Shown here piece after piece: positions 1 to 10,003 of a DNA stretch of 64,000 nt. A program made the translations under genes and the position numbers. The notes under the pieces were generated by a model. The model made no database searches. It was given only the letters and a program-made list of their open reading frames with translations, and was not told where the DNA came from. Numbering within the stretch: position 1 is the first letter of the stretch; every line of letters begins with the position of its first letter. Location: the IMG/VR virus record IMGVR_UViG_3300023049_000005, positions 186,001-250,000 of that record, one strand, 5' to 3'.

Positions 1-2
1 CT

Positions 3-1397
3 AATAAACTAGAGCTATACGAAAATGGAGTATTGAACCAAAGAGCAGGTAAGAGTAAATTAGAGGCTTTAATAGAGAACTATATCGGTATCGACTATGA
101 AACATTTAAATCATTCATATCGATGTCTATAAATGATTTCAAGAACTTCATTGCACTTTCTAGTGAGGATAAAAGATTATTATTAGATAAGTTATTTAAC
201 TTAGAGGTGATTAACGTACTTAATAAAATATTAAATAAACTAATATCAGATAATAAGAAAGATCTAGAAGTTACTGATAGAGAAATTAATATCATTGAAG
301 AAAATATAGATAATATTAAAGGTAGTATTGATAAAGTTAAAAGCTCTAAAGAAGAAGATCTGTCTAATAAAATAGGATTACTTACTGAGAAAATGGAGTC
401 ACTTAAAGATCCATTCGTGGAAGTAAAAGAAAAACTAAAGAAGATCGAAGAAAAGAAAAGAACTATTAAAGAACAAGTAGATGGCGAAAGAACTACTTTA
501 ATAGAAACTAAAAGTGAGATCAAACAAATAGATAGACAGTTAGAACTTTTTGATAACGATCAATGTCCTACTTGTCAAACCGATTTATCAGGAGATTTCC
601 ACCAAGGACTAAAGAAAACTTATTTAGAGAAGAAAGAAAAATTTGAGGAAATAACCAAAGAAGTTACATCTAAGGGAAAGAAGTTGAATGAGCAGGTTAA
701 GAAGTTAGATGAATTAGCACAGAAAGGTAATACGAAATACAATGAAATGAATTCTGATCTTAAAAGCCTTAGTAGAGATAAACAAGAACTTTTAAGGAAG
801 CAAGGAGAAGAAAAAGATAATGATTTAGAAGAATTCTATGAATCAGTTAAAAAATTAGAAGCTAAAAGAGAAGACAGAAAAGATAAGAAAAGTGAATATG
901 AAGATAAGACTACTTATCATAAGTATCTAAAATCAGTATTTTCTGATAACGGTGTGAAGAAATCTATTATCAATAATATAGTAGAGCCTATTAATCATTA
1001 TATTCAAGATAATATCCAAAAGATGCACTTACCTTTTGAAGTAAACCTAGACGATAGCTTTACTGCAGAGATAACTTCCTTTGGTGAAGAAATCGATACT
1101 GAAACTCTTTCTACGGGTGAAACTAGAAAGATTAATATCGCTATTATGGTAGCTTATCTAAGGTTGATCAGAACGAAAAGACAGATTAATATCTTATTCT
1201 TAGATGAAGTGTTTTCTTCAATTGATGTAGAAAGTATCGATAGTGTGATTGCATTGTTAAGAGATCTAGCTAATGAAAGTAAGATTAATATATTCTTAGT
1301 ACACCACTCTACATTAGATTCTAATAAATTTGACAAAGTGATTAAGGTAGAAAAGAATGTCTTTACTACTTTAGAAGAAGTTGATATATCTTCTTAG
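3..1397 (+). CDS. SbcC/Rad50-like recombination ATPase (T4 gp46-like), 5'-truncated by window edge
   Basis: Frame open from position 3; long coiled coil with CPTC zinc hook, LSTGE ABC signature, LFLDE Walker B, VHH H-loop. Confidence 0.9.
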   Translation, partial: NKLELYENGVLNQRAGKSKLEALIENYIGIDYETFKSFISMSINDFKNFIALSSEDKRLLLDKLFNLEVINVLNKILNKLISDNKKDLEVTDREINIIEENIDNIKGSIDKVKSSKEEDLSNKIGLLTEKMESLKDPFVEVKEKLKKIEEKKRTIKEQVDGERTTLIETKSEIKQIDRQLELFDNDQCPTCQTDLSGDFHQGLKKTYLEKKEKFEEITKEVTSKGKKLNEQVKKLDELAQKGNTKYNEMNSDLKSLSRDKQELLRKQGEEKDNDLEEFYESVKKLEAKREDRKDKKSEYEDKTTYHKYLKSVFSDNGVKKSIINNIVEPINHYIQDNIQKMHLPFEVNLDDSFTAEITSFGEEIDTETLSTGETRKINIAIMVAYLRLIRTKRQINILFLDEVFSSIDVESIDSVIALLRDLANESKINIFLVHHSTLDSNKFDKVIKVEKNVFTTLEEVDISS

Positions 1398-1431
1398 TTT
1401 GAGGGAAACAGATTATTATAATAAATAATCT

Positions 1432-1710
1432 ATGAATCTCTACCGAATCAAAAGAAAAAGCGATAATAAGTATTATAGGAACAGATCTAGGTTTACTAAA
1501 TACGGAACTTACTTTAGATTAGAACAATTACAGAAAAATCTACATTGGGTTCTAAAGAATTATGATAAAGCAGATTTAGAAATAAAAATTTATCATATAA
1601 AAGATGGTGGTGGATTAGAGTTATCTGATCAGACTGATAAAGATGATGTATTAAAGATGATTAATAGAGATAACTTTATAGAAGAAATATTAAGAAATGA
1701 TGAAACTTGA
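1432..1710 (+). CDS. Hypothetical protein with C-terminal RDxxIxxIL tag
   Basis: 92-aa ORF ending NRDNFIEEILRNDET; overlaps next gene. Confidence 0.75.
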   Translation: MNLYRIKRKSDNKYYRNRSRFTKYGTYFRLEQLQKNLHWVLKNYDKADLEIKIYHIKDGGGLELSDQTDKDDVLKMINRDNFIEEILRNDET

Positions 1711-2458
1711 AGTAGATTATTATAAAACACTAGGTTTAAGTTTTGACTTCACACCTAAAGACCTCAAAAAGAGTTATAGAGATTTATCTAAGTTATACCA
1801 TCCTGATAAGAATTCGGGAGAAGAGGCTTCAGGTAAGTTCAAAATAATAAACGAAGGATATAAGATGTTCTCTAATGAAGAATTAAGAGAACAATATGAT
1901 AATGAAAGTAAGTTCGGAAGAAGTTATGATCCTACATTAGAACTATTGAATTTCGAATTTTCTAATTCAAATGTAGCATCCACTAACGTAGTAGATAAGA
2001 TGAATGGGTTCAAGAAAACCGAAATGCTTCATATCATTTTAGAACTAGACGAATTCAAGCCTAATTTAACATATAAAAGAAATGTAATATGTTCTAATTG
2101 TGATGGAACAGGAAATGAGGACGTTAGAGGACTGAACTTAAATTCCTCATATAATGGAGAAAATATTAAACCTTTATTCGCTCATGATGAAGAAATCCCT
2201 TGTGATATATGTGAAAAAACGGGAAGTTATAATGGTATGGAATGTCCAGGTTGTAAAGGGAACGGATATATATCCTTAGGACTATCTAAGTGTAATAATT
2301 GTAACGGTAAGGGCGTAGTTGAAAAAATCAAAAGAGTAAAAGTAAAGGAAGATGATTTCGAGGGCGGTAAATTAAAGATGATTTATTTAGGCAATCAGTC
2401 AAAGTACAACGGTAAGATGGGAAACCTTTATGTAATAATTAAAGAAGACGAAGATTAA
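1697..2458 (+). CDS. dnaJ: DnaJ-like co-chaperone (J domain + CxxCxGxG zinc finger, shortened C-terminus)
   Basis: DYYKTLG...YHPDKN J domain; CSNCDGTG, CDICEKTG, CPGCKGNG, CNNCNGKG repeats; GNLYV C-terminal motif. Confidence 0.85.
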   Translation: MMKLEVDYYKTLGLSFDFTPKDLKKSYRDLSKLYHPDKNSGEEASGKFKIINEGYKMFSNEELREQYDNESKFGRSYDPTLELLNFEFSNSNVASTNVVDKMNGFKKTEMLHIILELDEFKPNLTYKRNVICSNCDGTGNEDVRGLNLNSSYNGENIKPLFAHDEEIPCDICEKTGSYNGMECPGCKGNGYISLGLSKCNNCNGKGVVEKIKRVKVKEDDFEGGKLKMIYLGNQSKYNGKMGNLYVIIKEDED

Positions 2459-2733
2459 TTTTCAAATATATCATCAAACTCCGTTGCTTTACTATAATCA
2501 ACTCTTTTCTCTTGTAAGAATTTTATGATATCATCATAATCCTTATGTTTTTCTATCTCACCAATTTTATTAAATAGATCTTCATTGATCTCAATAATAT
2601 CTTCTGTATTAGTATACCAATACATAGCTTCATATATCTCTTCGCCATAAAGCACGGAGAGGGATACCAAAATACCTGGACCGATTCGACCAATATATTC
2701 TTTAATCGATATGTCTAATTCACCTATCTTCAT
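2455..2733 (-). CDS. Hypothetical protein
   Basis: 92-aa ORF overlapping upstream gene on same strand. Confidence 0.65.
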   Translation of the reverse strand: MKIGELDISIKEYIGRIGPGILVSLSVLYGEEIYEAMYWYTNTEDIIEINEDLFNKIGEIEKHKDYDDIIKFLQEKRVDYSKATEFDDIFEN

Positions 2734-2971
2734 TTAGTATACTATCTATTTTTTTATCTCTTTTATATGCCTTTATATAGTATTGTCGTTCTTCGTTTGT
2801 CATATTCATAATAGTTTCAAAATTAGGTAGATCTAATATATCTGACATAAAATCAAAATATACCATAATACTTTCGATTGTATGACTATTCGTATATTGG
2901 ATATCACTTACATTCTTATTTCCTATTAATATATTCGAATTAGTTAGTATATCAGTATTCGTTATCTTCAT
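2720..2971 (-). CDS. Hypothetical protein with C-terminal RDxxIxxIL tag
   Basis: Ends KRDKKIDSILNEDR. Confidence 0.75.
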   Translation of the reverse strand: MKITNTDILTNSNILIGNKNVSDIQYTNSHTIESIMVYFDFMSDILDLPNFETIMNMTNEERQYYIKAYKRDKKIDSILNEDR

Positions 2972-3022
2972 ATTATTATCTTTTATCTTTTATATATATT
3001 ATAATGAAATAAGTTTACTACT

Positions 3023-3430
3023 ATGGATAAATCAACAAGATTAAAAATGACAATATTCTCAACTATAATACTAGCAATAGTAGGAGTTATAGCTTATATT
3101 TTTGACCCCGCACACATTGATAAATATGCCTTTTATAATATAAATACCGTTATACCTCTTTTAAGTTATATCGGAGGTAGAACAATAAGAAGCGGAAACC
3201 ATGAGGGTGGCTTTGTTGTTAACAGCACAAGATATAAAGTTGCATTATATACTTTCATAGGATCACTATTAATAGGAATAGGTTGTTATATCTTTTCTCC
3301 CGAAAATATCGATAAATTAGGCTCTTATATGATGGCGGTTGTGATAACAAGCGCAGGATTTATTATAGGAAGAAGTATTAAATCAGGTAATCCACAACAA
3401 GCCGATAGTAACAAGGTTATTGAACCTTAA
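3023..3430 (+). CDS. Four-TM membrane protein built from a tandem duplication, holin-like
   Basis: Two aligned halves STR...YIF.P..IDK.....[YF]I.GR[TS]I[RK]SGN, each with two hydrophobic helices. Confidence 0.55.
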   Translation: MDKSTRLKMTIFSTIILAIVGVIAYIFDPAHIDKYAFYNINTVIPLLSYIGGRTIRSGNHEGGFVVNSTRYKVALYTFIGSLLIGIGCYIFSPENIDKLGSYMMAVVITSAGFIIGRSIKSGNPQQADSNKVIEP

Positions 3431-3454
3431 TCAAAAAAAAAGAGTATAAGAAAT

Positions 3455-3886
3455 ATGAGCGTGAGTTTAGCGAATGGTGATTTGATAAAGATGGCTAAAG
3501 AGAATGAATTTGACCTAATTGGTCATTTCTGTGATTGTGAGAAGAGATGGGATAGTAGCCTTTCTGTTAATATAAAGGAAAAGTATCCTCTTAGTTATAA
3601 CGTAGATTCAGATAGTTTCCCTATGGATCTTGGGGAGTATTCTATATGTGATGATTATTTATTTAAGATTGCTAATATCTATTTGTTTTGCATAGATCAA
3701 AATATTAAAGAAACTGTATATAAAGCTTTGAATCAAGTGTGTTTTAATATTGACCGTAAATACAGTGGCAGTAAGGTTGGGTTTTCATATGACCAACTAA
3801 TAGAAATTGGGTTAGAGTGGGAACAATCCAAGAAAATATTTATTTCGAATTTCAAATCTGCACATTTAACGATTGTTAAAAATTAA
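3455..3886 (+). CDS. Macrodomain-like protein, apparently degenerate
   Basis: GDLIKMAKENEFDLIGHFCDC start typical of phage Appr-1-p macrodomains; glycine loops replaced. Confidence 0.6.
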   Translation: MSVSLANGDLIKMAKENEFDLIGHFCDCEKRWDSSLSVNIKEKYPLSYNVDSDSFPMDLGEYSICDDYLFKIANIYLFCIDQNIKETVYKALNQVCFNIDRKYSGSKVGFSYDQLIEIGLEWEQSKKIFISNFKSAHLTIVKN

Positions 3887-4086
3887 GCTTCTTTGATATA
3901 AATTAAACTATTTGATATTATGTTTTCCGAAATGACTACATAATCACCAACTTCATCATAAAAGTCCAATTTAGTAGCCTTAGGTATTTCTGCCACAACC
4001 TTCTCATATTCGGGTTTTTCTCCTTTGTATGTTTCTGATTTTATTTCACCGAGATCTTTATTCTTAACAACTATATAAAATTCCAT
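3883..4086 (-). CDS. Hypothetical protein
   Basis: 67-aa ORF with TAATATATA upstream (4107-4115, - strand). Confidence 0.6.
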   Translation of the reverse strand: MEFYIVVKNKDLGEIKSETYKGEKPEYEKVVAEIPKATKLDFYDEVGDYVVISENIISNSLIYIKEA

Positions 4087-4122
4087 ATTATTTGTTTATT
4101 TTTGTTTATATATTACAATATT

Positions 4123-4887
4123 ATGCTTTCGAAAAGAAATATATTTTTAATAATACTTTTATTGATGCTCAATAGTAATGCGTTTAACGTATTCTTAGGG
4201 GAATATAAGTTGAGTAAATTCCTAAAATACATAGACAAATTAGATAACTATGATACTTGTGATAGAATTGGGATAATCAATAGTATTGAATTGGGTGAGA
4301 ATATATTAAACAAAGAAGAATTATTTGATCGCATAAATAATGCAGATTACAAAATATACAAAGAGGGTATACCTAGGGAAAAGGACTATTCGGGTTTATT
4401 TATACATGACAGTGACACAGATAAAGATTATATCATACTTGATACTATGGAACTATCTCCTTTTACTATTTATCATGAAATAGGACATTTAGTAAATAAA
4501 CATAGGGAATCTGAAATAGATGTACTCATCTCTGATATAAAAAAGGATACTATTAATTATGCTGATTTTTCAAAACTATATTCAGATTTCCCTAGTATAT
4601 CAATTGGAGAAGATACACTTGCATTCGGTGATATAGTGCTTGCTGAATTTCTTAGTAACGAGGATTATTATTTATCGGATAGTGAGATATACGCAAGGCT
4701 TTTTTCTTATTATTATTTTTGCGAAATGTATGATATAAAGGATATCAAAGAACTAGGAGAAAAGTTACAATTCGTTAGTAAAGGAGATAGTGAAACTGTG
4801 ATATCTTACTTACGTGACTTAGATTTTTTATACATTTTACCCATTATCAATTTCGAAAAAGAAGAAAAAATAAAACTATTATTCTAA
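4123..4887 (+). CDS. Secreted/membrane-anchored zinc metallopeptidase-like protein
   Basis: Start reassigned to ATG 4123; hydrophobic N-terminus MLSKRNIFLIILLLML; HExxH (IYHEIGH) and downstream SEIYARL third-ligand motif. Confidence 0.6.
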   Translation: MLSKRNIFLIILLLMLNSNAFNVFLGEYKLSKFLKYIDKLDNYDTCDRIGIINSIELGENILNKEELFDRINNADYKIYKEGIPREKDYSGLFIHDSDTDKDYIILDTMELSPFTIYHEIGHLVNKHRESEIDVLISDIKKDTINYADFSKLYSDFPSISIGEDTLAFGDIVLAEFLSNEDYYLSDSEIYARLFSYYYFCEMYDIKDIKELGEKLQFVSKGDSETVISYLRDLDFLYILPIINFEKEEKIKLLF

Positions 4888-4956
4888 ATTTTAAAAACTC
4901 AACTGACGTTTTTTACTATATATAATAACCCCATATATAAAAATGAAAGTTGATAC

Positions 4957-5577
4957 ATGAAAAATTTTAGAAAATATTCAGGAGAAAAGATCCCTGATAT
5001 CATCTTTTATATAAAAGAGTATATAAAGGATAAACCAAACATTTCCATTTCTGTGGGATGTGATTCGGCTGAAAAAAGACGAGGTATTCTTTATGCGGTT
5101 ACGATCATGCTTCATGATACTGAGAAAAGGGACGGGGTTCATGTAGTATTCAAAACAATATACATAAACGGTAAATTAGATACATTCACAAGATTGTATA
5201 AAGAAGCGGAATATGCGCTAGAATTAGCTGACCAAATTGAAAAGGGTCTTTCTGATTACGTTAGACAAGATATTGATGATGCATCTATACGTAAATATAA
5301 ATTACATTTAGATCAACACAAAGGAAAGAATATACTTATTGATATAGTCGAAGAAGAAAGACTTTTAACTAAAATAGCTATCACAGATGAAGATAGGAAT
5401 ATACCTTATAAGAAATGTGATATACATTTAGATTATAATCTACAAGATGGTAATGGTCAAAATAAATCTTTTAACGTGACACAATCTGCTATACCTTGGT
5501 TAAAATCAAATGGTTATAGAGTTTGGTGTAAGCCATATTCACCTGCGTCAACAAGCGCAGCAGATTCATTAGTATAA
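4957..5577 (+). CDS. RNase H-like YkuK (DUF458) family protein with central insertion
   Basis: VGCDS, RLYKEAE..LELA, IHLDYN, KP.SPASTSAAD motifs. Confidence 0.75.
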   Translation: MKNFRKYSGEKIPDIIFYIKEYIKDKPNISISVGCDSAEKRRGILYAVTIMLHDTEKRDGVHVVFKTIYINGKLDTFTRLYKEAEYALELADQIEKGLSDYVRQDIDDASIRKYKLHLDQHKGKNILIDIVEEERLLTKIAITDEDRNIPYKKCDIHLDYNLQDGNGQNKSFNVTQSAIPWLKSNGYRVWCKPYSPASTSAADSLV

Positions 5578-5605
5578 CTTTATTAATTTATATTAAACCA
5601 TTTTT

Positions 5606-5631
5606 AAACATTTTTTAATCTTTTAATATAA
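5606..5631 (+). promoter_or_regulatory. Candidate phage middle-type promoter AAAC-N17-TATAA
   Basis: AAAC 5606-5609, 17 nt, TATAA 5627-5631 just before ATG 5637; same geometry recurs at 14734, 34426, 41640(-), 58340. Confidence 0.5.
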
Positions 5632-5636
5632 CTTCC

Positions 5637-6446
5637 ATGAATGACGAAATAAAGTTTATACTTAAATCCAACAAAATACCCTTACTGAAGTCAGTGATCA
5701 ATAGCTTAGTTAAAATCGAAAAGAAATTCAAGTTTCGATTCGAAGATGATAAGCTATTGATTTATTGTTCAGAAAAAGTAGGTAATCAAACCGTAGCATT
5801 AAAGATCTATTATTTTATGATAGAAGATTTTTTCAACCTCTTATTAGAAGATGATGATTTAGAAGATGAGTTCACTGCTGAGGACGAAAAAGAAGATGAT
5901 AAATTCATGTTGAACTTTAATATAGGTGATGGTAAGATATTAAATAAAAAACTAAACTTCTTCACCGAGGAAAAACATATTAAAGGTATATTTAAAACTA
6001 GACCCATAGACGGAGAAGACTATGTTAGAAAAGTTAATATGACTGATAGTAGATTTAAAATGTCATTAACAGGAATAGAAAAGGGTGAGATATCAGACGT
6101 ATCAGTTGAAACCATGAATTCTCTCACTAATACTAATAATGCCGATTTTAAATTAGAGATACCTGTTTCGACTTTCGAAGAAGCAAAAAAAGTATCAGCT
6201 ATTGATAAAGAAGATGTGATCACCTTAGAAGTAAGAGGTGGTGGTATTTATTTCAAACAAGCAGAATGGGAATTGAAAGTGGGGCAGACAGATGTGAAAG
6301 AAAACAGAAAATTTTCATTTAAGAAGAACTACTTAAAGAGTGTTAACACCACTACGGATATAGTTGAAGTATTCGCATTCGAAACATACTTACTTTTCAA
6401 AAATGAAAATGAGTTTTTTATATTAAGTTACGAAAAGACTTATTAA
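5637..6446 (+). CDS. Probable DNA polymerase sliding clamp (gp45/PCNA-like)
   Basis: Acidic 269-aa protein with two-domain helix/strand pattern typical of clamps; T4-like replication context; no diagnostic motif. Confidence 0.55.
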   Translation: MNDEIKFILKSNKIPLLKSVINSLVKIEKKFKFRFEDDKLLIYCSEKVGNQTVALKIYYFMIEDFFNLLLEDDDLEDEFTAEDEKEDDKFMLNFNIGDGKILNKKLNFFTEEKHIKGIFKTRPIDGEDYVRKVNMTDSRFKMSLTGIEKGEISDVSVETMNSLTNTNNADFKLEIPVSTFEEAKKVSAIDKEDVITLEVRGGGIYFKQAEWELKVGQTDVKENRKFSFKKNYLKSVNTTTDIVEVFAFETYLLFKNENEFFILSYEKTY

Positions 6447-6490
6447 TATTCTTTACTTAAATCGTATCTATATAAAATAATATATAAGAT

Positions 6491-6811
6491 ATGAGAAGAC
6501 CTGAGATAAGAATAATACAACCACAACAAGAAGAAGTAACTGATCAGAGGAATCTATCAGAAGAAGAAACAAAGGCGTTTTTATATAAACATCACCCTGA
6601 GATGTATAAAAAAATGTACCCTGAACAAACAGTTCCTAAGAAAAGGGAAGCTCCTAAACAACCATTACCGCCACAAAAAAGGGAAGGTCAAGACATCCAA
6701 AAGAGTGATAATACTTATATCTATAACAAATACGGTGATGCTAAAATAGATGACCAAACAAATTTCGGTTATAATATTGAGATAAAAACTGATATGAAAT
6801 TCAAACGATAG
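6491..6811 (+). CDS. Hypothetical protein (late-type motif upstream)
   Basis: TAATATATA at 6478-6486 directly upstream. Confidence 0.65.
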   Translation: MRRPEIRIIQPQQEEVTDQRNLSEEETKAFLYKHHPEMYKKMYPEQTVPKKREAPKQPLPPQKREGQDIQKSDNTYIYNKYGDAKIDDQTNFGYNIEIKTDMKFKR

Positions 6812-6835
6812 AATAATTTTCCTTAATTTTACAAT

Positions 6836-7564
6836 ATGGGAACAAATAATTTTTCTATTGATTTGAAATTGTGGAATAGGTTTAAACAAATAGAACCTAC
6901 TTTCGAAAAAGGTGTATACTATAATAATGTACTTACTTGGGGCTTAAAAGGTTTCAGCAGCACTGAAATAGAAGATTTATCACATTATTTATTCATTCTA
7001 TCTAGGTTAACCACAGAAGAAGACTTAGAGAATAGTGGGTTAAATATCATCAGAACGTATTATTACTTATTTCACACTTCTTATTTCGATAAAGAAATAT
7101 TTAAAGGTGATGAATTTATTTCCCTTGGGTATAAAAGACCATTTGGTAATAGTTACATACAAGGTGATATAGCAGCATGTATAGATCCACAATATATGGA
7201 ATACTTGAAAGAACAGGGCATGGATATTACATATGACGATACAGAAGGAGGCGACCACTATTTAATAGAATCTCCATATCGAGAGGGTGATGAAATAAAA
7301 TATCTACAAATAGATAGTTCTAAATTAAACATAGACTTTATTATAAAAGAATATAACAAGGTGTTGATGGAGATTATACAAAAAGTTGACTTCAAATACC
7401 ATCAGTTTGAATCAACTGATTTACATACTTTTAAAAACCTCTCTAATAACGGAAAACTTTCAGATATTCAAGTTAATAATTCTGTTAATTTAGAATTTAC
7501 AGAAGTTATATTCCCATCTAGGGCATATTTAAGAGAAGAATTTATAGACAACGTTTTAAAATAA
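6836..7564 (+). CDS. Hypothetical protein with C-terminal R[DE]xxIxxVL tag
   Basis: Ends LREEFIDNVLK; YKRPFGNS motif. Confidence 0.75.
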   Translation: MGTNNFSIDLKLWNRFKQIEPTFEKGVYYNNVLTWGLKGFSSTEIEDLSHYLFILSRLTTEEDLENSGLNIIRTYYYLFHTSYFDKEIFKGDEFISLGYKRPFGNSYIQGDIAACIDPQYMEYLKEQGMDITYDDTEGGDHYLIESPYREGDEIKYLQIDSSKLNIDFIIKEYNKVLMEIIQKVDFKYHQFESTDLHTFKNLSNNGKLSDIQVNNSVNLEFTEVIFPSRAYLREEFIDNVLK

Positions 7565-7569
7565 ATGAC

Positions 7570-9069
7570 ATGAGAAAATCAACTTTATTGCTATTATCAT
7601 TTGTAGGAATCATATCCTTACTATTGATGATTAACTGTTTTAATACAACATCGGTTATATTTTTTATAATCAGTTGGGGTGTATTAATTTTAGCAGTATA
7701 TGAATCTACCCAAACGAAACACACTTTGAAACGAAATTTCCCACTATTAGCTAATTTAAGGTGGTTTTTTGAGGCTCAAAGGGATAAAATAGGTCAATAT
7801 TTCATCGAATCTGACACTAGTGGTAAACCATTCAATAAACAACAAAGGAGTATTGTTTACCAAAGATCTAAAAACCAACTAGAAACTGTTCCATTTGGAA
7901 CTATGTATGACGTATATGAAAGGGGACATCAGTTCGCAAAACATACTATGTTCCCTAAAGACTTTGAATTAAAAAGAATAAATGTAGGCAGTAAACACTG
8001 TAAAGCAAAATATGATAGTTCATTGGTTAATGTATCTGCTATGTCATATGGATCATTAAGTGGTGCTGCAGTAAGAGCATTAAATAAGGGTGCTAAGGAA
8101 GGTAACTTTGCTCAGAACACGGGAGAAGGTGGTATATCCCCACATCATCTACAAGGCGGTGATATCATTTTTCAGATAGGAACAGGATACTTTGGTGCAG
8201 GTAGGACAGAAAATGGTGTTAGGAAATTTGATACCAACAGTTTTGTAAAAAATGCAACTAGAAAAGAAGTGAAGATGATCGAGATAAAACTATCACAGGG
8301 CGCAAAACCTGGTCATGGTGGTATCCTTCCCGCAAAAAAGAACACAGAAGAGATATCGAAAATACGTGGGGTAGATCCACACACAACAGTTCATTCCCCT
8401 GCTCACCATTCAGCCTTTAGTAATTTTGAAGAAATGGTTGAGTTTATTCAGAAAGTAAGAGATCTGTCTAATGGTAAACCTGTTGGTATAAAGTTTTGTG
8501 TTACATCCCATTACGAAATAAAAGAGATGATCCGCACATTTAAAGAATTAGATAACTACCCTGATTTTATTACAATAGATGGTAGCGAAGGTGGGACGGG
8601 ATCAGCACCATTAGAGTATACTAATAACATGGGTACTCCTTTATTAGACGGTCTTAGTATTGTTAGGAAACAATTGGATATGAATTTAAACCTTAAAAAA
8701 GAAATTAAGGTATTCGCTAGTGGGAAAATAATCGATACCTTCGATATATTAAAAGTATTATCATTGGGTGCTGATGGGGTAAACATTGCTAGGGGATTTA
8801 TGTTGAGTTTGGGTTGTATCCAAGCAAGGGAGTGTAATAAAGACACTTGCCCCGTTGGTATAGCTACTCAGAATAAAGGCTTAGAAAGAGGGTTAGTAGT
8901 TGAAGAAAAATATAAAAGAGTTTTCAACTATCATAGAAATACCTTAGATAAATTTAAAGAAGTAGCGGGTTCTATTGGGGTGAGTAACATTGAAGATATA
9001 ACACCTGATTTAATCTATGAGCGAACAATAGATAGTAAATTAATTACATTTAATGAATTATATGGATAA
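7570..9069 (+). CDS. FMN-binding glutamate synthase family protein
   Basis: SAMSYGSLS, NTGEGG, QIGTGYFG, EIKLSQGAKPGHGG, DGSEGGTG, CIQARECNKDTCPVGIATQ (3Fe-4S) motifs; N-terminal TM segments. Confidence 0.92.
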   Translation: MRKSTLLLLSFVGIISLLLMINCFNTTSVIFFIISWGVLILAVYESTQTKHTLKRNFPLLANLRWFFEAQRDKIGQYFIESDTSGKPFNKQQRSIVYQRSKNQLETVPFGTMYDVYERGHQFAKHTMFPKDFELKRINVGSKHCKAKYDSSLVNVSAMSYGSLSGAAVRALNKGAKEGNFAQNTGEGGISPHHLQGGDIIFQIGTGYFGAGRTENGVRKFDTNSFVKNATRKEVKMIEIKLSQGAKPGHGGILPAKKNTEEISKIRGVDPHTTVHSPAHHSAFSNFEEMVEFIQKVRDLSNGKPVGIKFCVTSHYEIKEMIRTFKELDNYPDFITIDGSEGGTGSAPLEYTNNMGTPLLDGLSIVRKQLDMNLNLKKEIKVFASGKIIDTFDILKVLSLGADGVNIARGFMLSLGCIQARECNKDTCPVGIATQNKGLERGLVVEEKYKRVFNYHRNTLDKFKEVAGSIGVSNIEDITPDLIYERTIDSKLITFNELYG

Positions 9070-9313
9070 TTTAATTGGGAAAAAATTCATACCAAAGAAA
9101 ACTTTTTCGTTGGATAACACTATATTCTATAGTGATATATTGTATGAATTAGTAGATTACGAGGAAGGAGAGGTTTATAATCTATATTTCTTTAAAACCG
9201 AAACAGAGAAATGTATATTCGCAGAACAAAGACCTGATTGGTTTTTTGTGGATTACTTTTCGACAGTAGACCAAAACAGAGTAAAACTAATTAATACAAT
9301 ATTATACACATAA
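9053..9313 (+). CDS. Hypothetical protein with C-terminal tag variant
   Basis: Ends NRVKLINTILYT. Confidence 0.65.
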   Translation: MNYMDNLIGKKFIPKKTFSLDNTIFYSDILYELVDYEEGEVYNLYFFKTETEKCIFAEQRPDWFFVDYFSTVDQNRVKLINTILYT

Positions 9314-9331
9314 AAAATATACAAATGTGTT

Positions 9332-10003
9332 TTGATATTAGTTATAGAATATTACACTCCTTCTGATGAAAAAAGGAATAAAGAATATTTAAAATGTATT
9401 AGGGAAAATATCAAGTCTAAGTTATTCAACAATATTCATATATTCGTAGAAGAAGGAAACGATTTACCCCAAGACATTTTAGACGAGGAAGTAGTTTTCG
9501 ATCATAAAGAAGAAAGAAAGACATTACAAGACTTATTCAAGTTTTGTAATAGCTTCATAAAAGACACGATCTGTGTTGTTTCTAATACAGATATCATATT
9601 TGATAATTCTATTAAATATGTCAATACAGATAATATAGATGGTAGATTCTTGTGTCTCACACGTTGGGATATATTACCCGATAATAACATCAGGTTTTTC
9701 GATAATCAAGCAGGAATAGCACACTTTTCACAAGATAGTTGGATATTCAAAACACCTGTTCCTATTAAAAATGCGGATTTTTATATGGGCAAGCCAGGCT
9801 GTGATAACAAACTAGCTTACCTAGCAATGGAAAGTAAATTAGATGTCAGGAATCCATCCAAGGGAATCATAACTAAACATTTACACATTACCCAATATAG
9901 AACTTACGTTCCTGGGGGGAAGGAAACCGTACAAGGTCCTTGGGTTGGTGTAGAGCCTACTAATAACATAAATAGAGAATCAAAAAAGAGATTATTACAA
10001 TGA
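9332..10003 (+). CDS. Putative GT-A-fold glycosyltransferase
   Basis: SNTDIIFD DxD-like motif, SQDSWIF, GKPGCDNKLA; first gene of transferase cluster; TTG start. Confidence 0.6.
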   Translation: MILVIEYYTPSDEKRNKEYLKCIRENIKSKLFNNIHIFVEEGNDLPQDILDEEVVFDHKEERKTLQDLFKFCNSFIKDTICVVSNTDIIFDNSIKYVNTDNIDGRFLCLTRWDILPDNNIRFFDNQAGIAHFSQDSWIFKTPVPIKNADFYMGKPGCDNKLAYLAMESKLDVRNPSKGIITKHLHITQYRTYVPGGKETVQGPWVGVEPTNNINRESKKRLLQ

